Shown here: in pieces, positions 8,998 to 18,624 of the stretch
Position numbering within the stretch: the stretch's first letter is position 1
How the letters are laid out: every line of letters begins with the position of its first letter
NCBI GenBank assembly: GCA_045612105.1
Contig: JAZKYL010000113.1
Location: 122,315 to 186,314, forward strand
Source: Eubacteriales bacterium
Lineage (GTDB): Bacteria; Bacillota; Clostridia; Oscillospirales; CAG-272
Reading direction: 5' to 3'
DNA: 64,000 nucleotides
Translations under genes and position numbers: made by a program
Notes under the pieces: generated by a model
The model's input: only the letters and a program-made list of their open reading frames with translations
Told to the model about the DNA's origin: nothing
The model's database searches: none

Positions 8998-10308
8998 ATG
9001 GGAAAACAGACTTCGGATTTCAGGTATAACACAGGTGCGACTAAAGTACCGTGGGCGGCGGTCGGCGAAAACTACAACGTTCACGACCTTATGGAGATAA
9101 TTCGCTTTCTTATGCAGGGCGAGGGCAAGGAGTACGAGGATGCACTTGAGGCAGTCTGGACTCAGGTCAAGAAGCTTGATGCGCTTGCAACCCCTCCCGG
9201 AAAGCTTTCTCTTGGAAGCAAGGTAGAAGCTGCCGAGGCTGCTTGTAACGAGTACCTTAAGACCGAATCCTCCACCTTCGTTACCAATGCGACCGCAGGA
9301 TTTGAGATCGCTTATAAGTACGCTAACCTCAAGGCAGGTGACGAGGTCATCGTTCCCGCTATCACCTTCGTGGCTACTATGGCTTATCCTCTTGCTATCG
9401 GCTGTAAGCTTGTATTTGCGGACGTTGATCCCAGAACCATTAATATGGACCCCGCTGACGTTGCGCGTAAGATCACTCCCAAGACCAAGATGATCGTTCC
9501 CGTACATATCGGCGGCTATCCCGTTGACCTCGATCCTATTCTTGAGCTTGCAAAGAAGCACAATATAGTTGTTCTTGAAGACGCGGCTCACGCTTTCGGC
9601 GCAATGTACAAGGGAAGAATGATCGGTACTATCGGCGATTTCGGTGCGTTTTCTATGCACGAGGTCAAGAATATCACCTCCTTCGGCGAGGGCGGTATCC
9701 TCTGTACCTCTATCCCCGGATATACTCCTCATATGAAGAGAGCACGTTTCCTGGGTCTCGACTTTACTTGTCCCATCAAGGATTGGCTTTACAACATCAC
9801 GCCCATCCCCGGAAAGGAAGAGCCCTTTGTTCCCGGAAATTCATCCACAACCGAGATTCAGGGTCTTGGTCTCGCGCTTCAGGTTGCGAGAAACGAGGAG
9901 ATCATAGCAATCCGTCGCAAGGCGGCTACCTATCTTTCCGAAAGATTCTCCGAGTGCGACGCTATCATCCCTCAGCTTCTTGACAGCGATGATATCAAGC
10001 CCACCTACCATATGTATCTGCTTCAGATCGACCCCGCAAAGGCAGGCGGCGACATTCAGACTCTGAAGAAGAAGCTTGACGAAAAGGGCGTTACTCAGAT
10101 CGCGCATTTCGGTCCTCTTTATCGCTTCAAGATTGTTCAGGATATGGGCTACGATTCCGATGAGATTGCAAAGACATGTCCTAACTGCGAGGAAGTATTC
10201 TACAAGAGATTTACTCACTTGCCTCTCTACGGTCTCTCCGATGAACAGCTTGAGTATATGGCTGATGCCGTTCTCGCGTCTGTTGCTGAAATGCAGAGAG
10301 GCGAATAA
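8998..10308 (+). CDS. DegT/DnrJ/EryC1/StrS-family PLP-dependent aminotransferase
   Basis: Family-typical pattern including FSMHEVKNIT (PLP lysine); GGAGG SD upstream. Confidence 0.85.
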   Translation: MGKQTSDFRYNTGATKVPWAAVGENYNVHDLMEIIRFLMQGEGKEYEDALEAVWTQVKKLDALATPPGKLSLGSKVEAAEAACNEYLKTESSTFVTNATAGFEIAYKYANLKAGDEVIVPAITFVATMAYPLAIGCKLVFADVDPRTINMDPADVARKITPKTKMIVPVHIGGYPVDLDPILELAKKHNIVVLEDAAHAFGAMYKGRMIGTIGDFGAFSMHEVKNITSFGEGGILCTSIPGYTPHMKRARFLGLDFTCPIKDWLYNITPIPGKEEPFVPGNSSTTEIQGLGLALQVARNEEIIAIRRKAATYLSERFSECDAIIPQLLDSDDIKPTYHMYLLQIDPAKAGGDIQTLKKKLDEKGVTQIAHFGPLYRFKIVQDMGYDSDEIAKTCPNCEEVFYKRFTHLPLYGLSDEQLEYMADAVLASVAEMQRGE

Positions 10309-10317
10309 GGTGGCGAT

Positions 10318-11358
10318 ATGAGAAAAGTAAAATGGGGTGTTATTGCCTGCGGCGGTATCGCTGACAGAAGAACTCTGCCCGGAATGATGCTTTCAGAGAC
10401 CGCCGAGCTTGTCGCGGTTATGGATGTAAATCCTGATTTTGCTGAAAAGTGTAAAGAAAAGTACGGCGCAAAATACGCTTTCACAAATTACGAAGATCTT
10501 TTGGCACTTGACGAGATTGAGGCTGTATATATCGCGTCACCCGTATTCTGCCACAAGGAGCAGGCATTGGCGGCAGCGAAGGCAAAGAAGCACATTCTGC
10601 TTGAGAAGCCTATGGGCTTGACCGTTGCCGACTCCGAAGAAATAATTGAGACCTGCGAGCGCGAGGGCGTTAAGCTCGGCACAGGCTTTATGATGCGCTT
10701 CCACGCGTATCACGAGGCTATCAAGCAGGTTATTGCAGAGGGCAAGATAGGAAATATCGTATCTATGAGAGCGCAGTTTACCTGCTGGTATCCCGAAATG
10801 GAGAATTGCTGGAGACAGGATAAAACTCTTTCGGGCGGCGGCGCGCTTATGGATATGGGAATCCATTGCATCGACCTTCTTCAGTACCTTTCGGGACTTG
10901 AAGCCGTTGAATGCGTGGGCTTTGCTCAGCATCAGACCTTCAATTACACAGCGGACGATTCAGCAAGCGTACTTATGAAGATGAACAACGGAGCATTGGC
11001 TTACGTTGACGCTAATTTCAATATTCCCGACGCGGCGGCAAAATGTCCTCTTGAATTCTACGGCACAAAGGGAAGTATCATTGCTATCGGAACGCTTTCC
11101 CAGGTTGAGGGCGGCACAGTTGAAATACTTGCGTGCCCCGAGGCTAAGGGATACGATGCTCAACAAGACCGTTCCCTCGTTGAGCCTATCAAACTTGAAG
11201 TTGAGTTTGGTAATATGTATACTAAGGAGATCGATGCGTTCGCAGAGGCGATTATTAATGACACAGAGCCTCCCGTCAGCGGCAAAGGCACCATTTCGGT
11301 ACAAAAGATCATTGAATCGGTTTACGTTTCAAACGGTAATCTTACAAAGCTCAATTAA
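10318..11358 (+). CDS. Gfo/Idh/MocA-family NAD(P)-dependent oxidoreductase
   Basis: N-terminal KWGVIACGGIA Rossmann motif and EKP motif; starts 10 nt after the aminotransferase. Confidence 0.85.
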   Translation: MRKVKWGVIACGGIADRRTLPGMMLSETAELVAVMDVNPDFAEKCKEKYGAKYAFTNYEDLLALDEIEAVYIASPVFCHKEQALAAAKAKKHILLEKPMGLTVADSEEIIETCEREGVKLGTGFMMRFHAYHEAIKQVIAEGKIGNIVSMRAQFTCWYPEMENCWRQDKTLSGGGALMDMGIHCIDLLQYLSGLEAVECVGFAQHQTFNYTADDSASVLMKMNNGALAYVDANFNIPDAAAKCPLEFYGTKGSIIAIGTLSQVEGGTVEILACPEAKGYDAQQDRSLVEPIKLEVEFGNMYTKEIDAFAEAIINDTEPPVSGKGTISVQKIIESVYVSNGNLTKLN

Positions 11359-11365
11359 ATAAATA

Positions 11366-11404
11366 AAAATTTGCCCTTTTCGGATACGGAAGGGCAAATT
11401 TTTA
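11366..11404 (+). terminator. intrinsic terminator
   Basis: AAATTTGCCCTT-n11-AAGGGCAAATTTTT. Confidence 0.8.
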
Positions 11405-11424
11405 TATCTTCAAATGTAAAAATC

Positions 11425-11453
11425 TTGACAAGATAATGATTTGTATTTATAAT
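11425..11453 (+). promoter_or_regulatory. consensus sigma-A promoter (TTGACA-17-TATAAT)
   Basis: Perfect -35 and -10 hexamers with a 17-nt spacer, read directly. Confidence 0.6.
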
Positions 11454-11499
11454 TTAAGTAATGCCAAGCCTTGGTAATAAGTTTCAGTGAGTTGACGAT

Positions 11500-11631
11500 A
11501 TGCTAAAAAACGTTATCAGAGAAAAAGAAAATTCTGCCGTCTATACCTTTGAAGGCGAGATCAATAATAGAACGCGTTGGCGTTGGAAAGATCGATATCA
11601 CCAAGGCATCAAGACATTGGAAGGATCTTAA
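11500..11631 (+). CDS. possible 43-codon orphan ORF (or untranslated RNA)
   Basis: ATG..TAA ORF (MLKNVIREKENSAVYTFEGEINNRTRWRWKDRYHQGIKTLEGS) downstream of the consensus promoter. No convincing SD and no recognisable family. Confidence 0.2.
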   Translation: MLKNVIREKENSAVYTFEGEINNRTRWRWKDRYHQGIKTLEGS

Positions 11632-11777
11632 CTACTGCTCAATCTTTAGATCAAATAAATGAAGATTTTCAAGCGGCAAATCAAAAATTAATCAAATAAA
11701 TTAAGGATTTTAAAATTAATTTATAGTATAATACAAAAAACGATATGAAGCACATGAACTTCAAAAAGGAGCATGCT

Positions 11778-13676
11778 ATGAAGATCTACGCTTATCTATA
11801 CGAAGGATCAAAACGTTCAAAGGGCTCTTTTGGTCGCCCCACAAGTCCTATCTGCAATCTCCGCGAAACGAAAATTAATGGTGTCACGCTGGTCTATGCC
11901 GACGTGATAAGCGAATGGGCACTTCATCCCGAATTTGCCGTCGGAATTGATATTCCCGTCGAGGGCAGATATATGGCGGATTTCAGAAGCAGTCAATTCT
12001 GGTGTCAGCCAAAATTCGGTAACAATCCCATAGATATACCCGACGAAACTCAGCTTTTGATATTTCAAAATGAAAAGGGCGATTTCAAAGTTATTTTGCC
12101 CGTAGTCGGAGACGCGTACCGTTGTGTACTCAAGGGCAAGGATGATCATACGGTAACTGCAAGGCTTTATTCGGGATATGAAAAGCTCTGCACCTGCAAA
12201 TCACTCGCTTTCGTTACGGCTGAAGGAAAAGAACCTCATAAGCTAATTGAAAAATGCGTACTTACAGCACTTGAAGCGTTAAACTCCAATATTCCTCACA
12301 GAAAAGACCGCAAGTATCCCGAAATATTCGAGTATCTCGGCTGGTGCTCCTGGGATGCTATGCAGATAAGAGTGACACACGAGGGCATTCTCGAAAAGTG
12401 CGCCGAATTCAGGGAAAAGAAGATTCCTGTACGCTGGGTCCTGTTTGACGATATGTGGGCCCACGTCCGTGATTTTTACGGCAGAAGCTACAATAGCTTC
12501 GGAGAGATGTGCGCTATGATGCATGCCAGCGCACTATACGATTTTGAAGCCGACCCGATACGCTTTCCAAAAGGACTTGCCGCTTGCATTGAAGATGTGA
12601 AAAAGCAGGGCTTTATTGCGGGCATTTGGTATCCCACAACGGGATATTGGCGCGGAATTGAGAAGAACAGCCCCGCATATGAAAAGCTGATGCCATATCT
12701 TCTTGAGACCGACGACGGCATCTTCGTGCCCGATTTTCTCCGCGATAAATCATATGGGTATTACCGCACGCTCAATGAATTTTTCAAGGAATGCGGTGCA
12801 GACTTTATTAAGATCGACAACCAAAGTATGTATCACCGCTTTTATAACCGATTGACTACCGTTGGCGAAGCGGCTCATTCCTTCCACGATGGAATGGAGC
12901 AGGCAACAGAGGATACCTTTGGCAATTCGCTGATAAACTGTATGGGAATGTCCTCAGAGGATATGTGGAGCAGAAAGATGAGTTCCGTATCCCGTTGCAG
13001 TGACGATTTCCAACCCGAAAACAGGGCTTGGTTCACAAAGCATATCCTTCAGTGCGCATATAATTCGCTTCTGCAGGGTCAGTTCTATTGGTGTGATTGG
13101 GATATGTGGTGGACGGATGACGGTCAGGCGCTGAAAAACAGCGTTGCGCGCGCTATCAGCGGTGGCCCCATCTACGTCAGCGACAAGATCGACAGAAGCC
13201 GTGAAGGTATTCTCGATCCTCTCGCTATGAGTGACGGCAGAATCCTACGTTGCGACGATCCCGCTACTCCCACAGCCGACTGTATCTGCACAGACCCTAC
13301 CTCTTCGGGTAAGCCGATGAAGCTACAGAACGTCTGCAAAGGAAGTGGTGTTATGGCACTGTTTAATCTTGATAGGGATAATAACGCAGTTTCCGGTGAA
13401 ATATCTCCGTCCGATATCATAGGGCTCGAAGGGGAAGAATTCGCAGTATATTCTCATTTTACAAAAGAACTTAAAATATTGAAATACAATGAAAAAATGA
13501 AAATTTCGCTTCAAGATAACGATGCTGTCGCGCTGTATATATTCGCGCCGTATATAGATGGCTTTGCGGAGCTTGGAAGAGTCGACAAATTCATTTCGCC
13601 CGCTACTATTGCAAATACAGAGTCCGACAGCGGAAACTACGCGTACGTACAGAATGGAGTGCTCTGCTACAAATAA
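11778..13676 (+). CDS. GH36 raffinose-synthase/Sip1-like alpha-galactosidase family protein
   Basis: GWCSWDA, KIDNQ, RCSDDFQP, CDWDMWW and ISGGPIYVSDK motifs match the raffinose synthase/Sip1 signature. AAGGAG SD precedes the ATG at 11778. Confidence 0.8.
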   Translation: MKIYAYLYEGSKRSKGSFGRPTSPICNLRETKINGVTLVYADVISEWALHPEFAVGIDIPVEGRYMADFRSSQFWCQPKFGNNPIDIPDETQLLIFQNEKGDFKVILPVVGDAYRCVLKGKDDHTVTARLYSGYEKLCTCKSLAFVTAEGKEPHKLIEKCVLTALEALNSNIPHRKDRKYPEIFEYLGWCSWDAMQIRVTHEGILEKCAEFREKKIPVRWVLFDDMWAHVRDFYGRSYNSFGEMCAMMHASALYDFEADPIRFPKGLAACIEDVKKQGFIAGIWYPTTGYWRGIEKNSPAYEKLMPYLLETDDGIFVPDFLRDKSYGYYRTLNEFFKECGADFIKIDNQSMYHRFYNRLTTVGEAAHSFHDGMEQATEDTFGNSLINCMGMSSEDMWSRKMSSVSRCSDDFQPENRAWFTKHILQCAYNSLLQGQFYWCDWDMWWTDDGQALKNSVARAISGGPIYVSDKIDRSREGILDPLAMSDGRILRCDDPATPTADCICTDPTSSGKPMKLQNVCKGSGVMALFNLDRDNNAVSGEISPSDIIGLEGEEFAVYSHFTKELKILKYNEKMKISLQDNDAVALYIFAPYIDGFAELGRVDKFISPATIANTESDSGNYAYVQNGVLCYK

Positions 13677-13681
13677 GTCAA

Positions 13682-13716
13682 AATAACCGCTTTCTTCTTC
13701 AGAGGCGGTTATTTTA
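13682..13716 (+). terminator. intrinsic terminator
   Basis: ATAACCGC-n15-GCGGTTATTTT. Confidence 0.7.
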
Positions 13717-13740
13717 ATTTTGTTAAATTATAATTATCGG

Positions 13741-13769
13741 TTGAAAATCGGGAAAAAATATGTTATACT
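13741..13769 (+). promoter_or_regulatory. sigma-A promoter with extended -10 (TTGAAA-17-TGtTATACT)
   Basis: Hexamers and spacing read directly; lies upstream of glgB. Confidence 0.55.
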
Positions 13770-13801
13770 GTATTTAATGAATCACTGAAAGGATACCTCT
13801 T

Positions 13802-15790
13802 ATGTCATACAGAATTTTTGAGCACGACCCACTTCTTCTGCCATATAAAAAGGATATAGAGCTTCGTATGGATAACTATGCTCGTAAGAGAGATGAGCTT
13901 GTTGGAAGAGATGGAAAGCTTATTGATTTTGCCAACGGTCACGAATATTTTGGTTTCCATAAAGTTCCGGGAGGTTGGATCTACCGTGAATGGGCTCCTG
14001 CTGCAGATGAAGTCTATCTTACCGGTGATTTCGTCGATTGGAGATGGCTTGATAGGCTTATGACTCCTATCGGTAACGGTGTTTTTGAGATATTCATCGA
14101 GGGAGAAAATACACTCTATAACGGCTGTCACGTAAGTGCAATTATCCGTCGAGGAGAGAATCTGCTTCAAAGAATTCCGCTTTATATCCGCCGTGTTGAG
14201 CAGGATCCTGTCACTTACTCCTGGTGCGGGGTAATTGTTGACGAGCCCGAATACAAGTGGAAGAAGAAAAATTTTACTCCAAAGAAGGATCTCTTTATCT
14301 ACGAATGTCACATCGGTATGGCGCAGGAAAAGGAAGGACTCGGCACTTATACCGAGTTCAAGGATAATATTCTGCCCAAAATTAAAGCTCTAGGTTATAA
14401 CACCATACAGATAATGGCAATAATGGAGCATCCCTATTACGGCTCCTTTGGTTATCAGGTATCCTCGTTCTTTGCGGCTTCGTCAAAATTCGGTACTCCC
14501 AACGAGCTTAAAGAGCTTATTGATACTGCTCACTCAATGGGAATCGCCGTATTGCTCGATGTGGTACATTCCCACGCAGTCAAGAACACTGCAGAGGGAA
14601 TCAACGAATTTGACGGAACGACCTATCAGTTTTTCCACGAGGGTTCACGCGGAGACCATCCCGCATGGGGAACTAAACTTTTTAATTACAATAAAAATGA
14701 AGTCATTCATTTTCTTCTGTCAAATCTCAAATTCTGGATGGATGAATATCATTTCGACGGCTTCCGCTTTGACGGTGTGACTTCTATGATCTATCATGAT
14801 CACGGTCTTGGCGTTGCGTTCACCGACTATTCCAAGTATTTCTCCTTGAACACCGACACTGAGGCAATCACTTATCTTCAGCTTGCAAATGAGCTGATTC
14901 GCGAGGTTAATCCCAAGGCGATCACTATTGCCGAGGATATGTCGGCAATGCCCGGAATGTGTCTTCCCATTGATGAAGGCGGTATTGGATTTGATTACAG
15001 ACTCGCCATGGGCAGTCCCGATATGTGGATCAAGCTTATCAAGGATTATCCCGATGAATACTGGGATATGTGGAAGATTTGGTGCGAGCTGACCGGAAGA
15101 AGACCTGCCGAAAAGTATATCGGATACGCGGAATCTCACGATCAGGCATTGGTTGGCGACAAGACCATAATGTTCCGCCTCTGCGACAGTAAGATGTACA
15201 CCGATATGTCAAAAGTCTCAAACGATCCCGTGATCGACAGAGGAATGGCGCTTCACAAGATGATCAGAATGGTCACCATGACATTGGGTGGCGAGGGATA
15301 TCTCAACTTTATGGGCAATGAATTCGGTCACCCCGAGTGGATCGATTTCCCGAGAGAAGGCAACGGCTGGAGCTATTTCTATTGCCGTCGCCAATGGCAT
15401 CTTGCGGATGATGAGAATCTTAAATACGGTTACCTTCGTGAATTCGATAAGTCTATGGTCTCTTTGACCTCAGACAAGAAGATTTTCCGAAAAATGCCGA
15501 AATGTCTCTTTATCGGAAACGATAATAAAGTGTTGAACTATGAGCGCGGCGGTCTTGTATTCGCATTAAATTTCAATCCCACAGAAAGCTTTGACGGCTA
15601 TTGGATAACCGTGCCGTCTGCGGGCAAATACAAAGTAGTAATGTCCTCCGATGATAAGGAGTTCGGCGGTTTTGGCAGAGTATCAAAGGAATACGTCTAT
15701 ACTGCAACAAAGCACCCCGATAAGAAAGCAAAATTACAGATCTATCTCCCCGCAAGAGTGGGTATTTGTTTGCAAAAAATCAAGGAATGA
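13802..15790 (+). CDS. glgB: 1,4-alpha-glucan branching enzyme (GH13)
   Basis: GH13 regions DVVHSH, GFRFDGVTSM, AEDMS and YAESHD, with the N-terminal E-set region. Confidence 0.92.
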   Translation: MSYRIFEHDPLLLPYKKDIELRMDNYARKRDELVGRDGKLIDFANGHEYFGFHKVPGGWIYREWAPAADEVYLTGDFVDWRWLDRLMTPIGNGVFEIFIEGENTLYNGCHVSAIIRRGENLLQRIPLYIRRVEQDPVTYSWCGVIVDEPEYKWKKKNFTPKKDLFIYECHIGMAQEKEGLGTYTEFKDNILPKIKALGYNTIQIMAIMEHPYYGSFGYQVSSFFAASSKFGTPNELKELIDTAHSMGIAVLLDVVHSHAVKNTAEGINEFDGTTYQFFHEGSRGDHPAWGTKLFNYNKNEVIHFLLSNLKFWMDEYHFDGFRFDGVTSMIYHDHGLGVAFTDYSKYFSLNTDTEAITYLQLANELIREVNPKAITIAEDMSAMPGMCLPIDEGGIGFDYRLAMGSPDMWIKLIKDYPDEYWDMWKIWCELTGRRPAEKYIGYAESHDQALVGDKTIMFRLCDSKMYTDMSKVSNDPVIDRGMALHKMIRMVTMTLGGEGYLNFMGNEFGHPEWIDFPREGNGWSYFYCRRQWHLADDENLKYGYLREFDKSMVSLTSDKKIFRKMPKCLFIGNDNKVLNYERGGLVFALNFNPTESFDGYWITVPSAGKYKVVMSSDDKEFGGFGRVSKEYVYTATKHPDKKAKLQIYLPARVGICLQKIKE

Positions 15791-15808
15791 TTAAAAGAAA
15801 GAAAATTT

Positions 15809-16519
15809 ATGAAAATTACCACGATATTATTCGATCTTGACGGAACTCTTCTGCCAATGGACCAGGATACCTTTATAAACGCGTATTTCGGCGGGCTTGT
15901 AAAAAAACTGATGCCTTACGGATACGATAAAGACAGGCTTATCGGCGCGATCTGGTCGGGAACCAAGGCTATGGTCAAGAATAACGGTGAAAAAGTAAAC
16001 GAGGAAGTCTTTTGGGATGTTTTCGCAGGGATTCTTGGAGAAAAGACCCGTAAAGATATCGTATTTTTTGAGGAATTTTACGCCAATGACTTTTGCAAGG
16101 TGCAAGCCTCCTGCGGATACGATAAAAAAGCCGCAGAAACTATCAAGGATATAAAAAATATGGGTTACCGTGTGGCTCTTGCCACAAATCCTCTGTTTCC
16201 GTCCACCGCGACGGAGCAGAGAATTTCTTGGGCAGGACTTTCTCCCAATGACTTTGAGTTATTCACTACATACGAGAATTCTCACTATTGCAAGCCCAAT
16301 CCCGACTACTATCGGGAGGTAATATCAAGACTTGGGGTTGATCCCGAAGAATGTCTTATGGTTGGTAACGACGTTGGTGAGGATATGATTGCCGAAACAC
16401 TTGGTATGAAGGTATTCTTACTGACTGATTGCCTTATAAATAAAGAGAATAAAGACATTTCGGTCTATCCCAACGGAAGCTTTGATGCTCTTATTGAATT
16501 TATCAAATCTTTACAATGA
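15809..16519 (+). CDS. HAD-family hydrolase
   Basis: ILFDLDGTL motif I and GNDVGEDM motif IV. Confidence 0.8.
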   Translation: MKITTILFDLDGTLLPMDQDTFINAYFGGLVKKLMPYGYDKDRLIGAIWSGTKAMVKNNGEKVNEEVFWDVFAGILGEKTRKDIVFFEEFYANDFCKVQASCGYDKKAAETIKDIKNMGYRVALATNPLFPSTATEQRISWAGLSPNDFELFTTYENSHYCKPNPDYYREVISRLGVDPEECLMVGNDVGEDMIAETLGMKVFLLTDCLINKENKDISVYPNGSFDALIEFIKSLQ

Positions 16520-16560
16520 ATTTTGCCACGGTGCGAATTATTTCACACCGTGGCATTTTG
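16520..16560. terminator. bidirectional terminator
   Basis: TGCCACGGTG-n12-CACCGTGGCA flanked by T and A runs, between convergent genes. Confidence 0.75.
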
Positions 16561-16568
16561 ATTTAATA

Positions 16569-18512
16569 TTAAATTCCAAGCTCTTCCTTGATCTCTGCGA
16601 CCTCACGAAGCCATATTCCGCTTGTTACGTCTGAAGGCATCTTGAAATCGTTGCTTGAAAGCGCGACAGAGCCTACCTTAGGTCCGTCGGGGAGACAAGA
16701 ACGCTTGAACTGTTGAGCAAAGAAGCGTTTTGTGAATACTTCAAGCCATTTTACAAGTGTTTTATCGTCATACTTTCCGTCAAAAGCGATTTTAGCAAGT
16801 CTGAACAGCTTTTTGGGTGAATAACCGTGTCTCACGAAATTAAAGATATAGAAATCGTGGAGTTCATAGGGACCTACAAGATCCTCGGTGACCTGAGCTA
16901 TCTCACCGTTTTCTTTCGCAGGAAGCAATTCGGGAGAAACGGGAGTATCAAGTATATCGTAAAGCGCGTCTGCAAGCTCATATTCACCATTGGATTTTAC
17001 TGTATCGGCATAATGTCTAACAACGTAACGGATAAGTGTTTTGGGAATACCGCCGTTTACACCGTACATCGACATATGGTCACCATTGTATGTTGCCCAA
17101 CCGAGAGCAAGCTCGGAGAGGTCACCTGTGCCGACAACAATGCCGTTTTCCGCGTTTGCAATATCCATAAGCACCTGGGTTCTCTCTCTTGCCTGAGCAT
17201 TTTCGTAGACCACGTTATGGTTATCCATATCGTGTCCAATATCCTTGAAATGCTGCTCGACAGCCGCAAAAATATTGACTTCGCGGAACGTAACGCCAAG
17301 CTTTTCACAAAGAATTGTAGCGTTATTTTTTGTTCTCTTGGTAGTACCGAAGCAGGGCATTGTTACGGCAATTATATCCTTGCGGTCGCGTCCGAGGTGA
17401 TCCATAGCGCGAGCCATTACAAGTATTGCAAGACAGGAGTCAAGTCCTCCGGAGATGCCTACCACAATCTTTTTGGAATATGATGCTTCGATCCTGCGAG
17501 CGAGACCGAGTGATTGAATATTCAATATTTTTTCGCATCGATTCGCGCACTCGGCTTTATCCTCGGGAACGAAGGGCATAGGATCGATCTTTCTTGTCAG
17601 CTCGGTCTCAGAAAATTCAAGATCAAACTCGATCTCGGAGAATTCCATACCATTTGTATCTTTGGAAAAGGTGTTTCTGCCTCTGCGCTCGTGAACGATA
17701 TTCTGCAGATCGATTTCGGTAATAACAAGCTCGCCCGACTCAAAGGGAGTTCTTTCCGCAAGCATCTTACCGTTTTCCGCGATCATAGAGTGTCCTGAGA
17801 ACACTACATTTGCAGTGGATTCGCCAATACCTGCTCCGGCATAAATATAACCGCAAAGAGTTCTTACGGATTGAGAGGTTACCATAAGACGTCTGAATTC
17901 ATCCTTACCTACGGTCTCACCCGATGCCGAAGGATTGACAATTAAAGTAGCACCTGCCGCAGTTAAAACGTTTGACGGGGGAGTAGTAATGAAAAGATCC
18001 TCACAAATCTCGATTCCAAGTCTCAAGATCGGCATTTCACGGCAGACAAACATCTGCTTTATGCCAAGCATTACTACGCTATCGTCGAAAACGTAGGCAA
18101 AATTATCATCGGGTGTGGGAGCAAACGTTCTCACTTCATATGCCTCGGAGAAGTCAGGCAAATTCTTTTTGGGAACAAGTCCGAGGAGCTGACCTCCCGA
18201 TACTACAGCGGCGCAATTATAGATCTTATCGCTGAATTCAACAGGGAGTCCGATCACGGACACCATATCGTACATAGCGGTTGCGTAGATATACTGACGC
18301 AAGCCGTCAAGAGCCCCCGAAAGCAGGGTTTCTGTATTGAAAAGATCTCCGCAAGAATATCCCGTAAGAGCAAGCTCGGGGAAAACAAGCACCTTAACTC
18401 CGTCATTACTTGCTTTTTCAGCAATAGATATGCATTCTTCAGTATTGAATTTCGTATCTGCCACCTTAACTATCGGTGTAGCCGCCGCAACCTTAATAAA
18501 ACCGTCTTTCAT
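16569..18512 (-). CDS. nadE: glutamine-dependent NAD+ synthetase
   Basis: N-terminal CN-hydrolase (nitrilase-like) domain plus C-terminal NAD synthetase domain (GISGGLDS P-loop); 647 aa. Confidence 0.9.
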   Translation of the reverse strand: MKDGFIKVAAATPIVKVADTKFNTEECISIAEKASNDGVKVLVFPELALTGYSCGDLFNTETLLSGALDGLRQYIYATAMYDMVSVIGLPVEFSDKIYNCAAVVSGGQLLGLVPKKNLPDFSEAYEVRTFAPTPDDNFAYVFDDSVVMLGIKQMFVCREMPILRLGIEICEDLFITTPPSNVLTAAGATLIVNPSASGETVGKDEFRRLMVTSQSVRTLCGYIYAGAGIGESTANVVFSGHSMIAENGKMLAERTPFESGELVITEIDLQNIVHERRGRNTFSKDTNGMEFSEIEFDLEFSETELTRKIDPMPFVPEDKAECANRCEKILNIQSLGLARRIEASYSKKIVVGISGGLDSCLAILVMARAMDHLGRDRKDIIAVTMPCFGTTKRTKNNATILCEKLGVTFREVNIFAAVEQHFKDIGHDMDNHNVVYENAQARERTQVLMDIANAENGIVVGTGDLSELALGWATYNGDHMSMYGVNGGIPKTLIRYVVRHYADTVKSNGEYELADALYDILDTPVSPELLPAKENGEIAQVTEDLVGPYELHDFYIFNFVRHGYSPKKLFRLAKIAFDGKYDDKTLVKWLEVFTKRFFAQQFKRSCLPDGPKVGSVALSSNDFKMPSDVTSGIWLREVAEIKEELGI

Positions 18513-18589
18513 AAATCCGACCGTTCCTTTACTGTATAATATAACATTATAATATCACAAACCGATAAAAAATACAATAGATTTACAAA

Positions 18590-18624
18590 AAATTTATCCC
18601 CGAGAACTCTCGGGGATAAAAAAT
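18590..18624. terminator. bidirectional terminator
   Basis: TATCCCCGAG-aact-CTCGGGGATA flanked by A and T runs. Confidence 0.8.
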
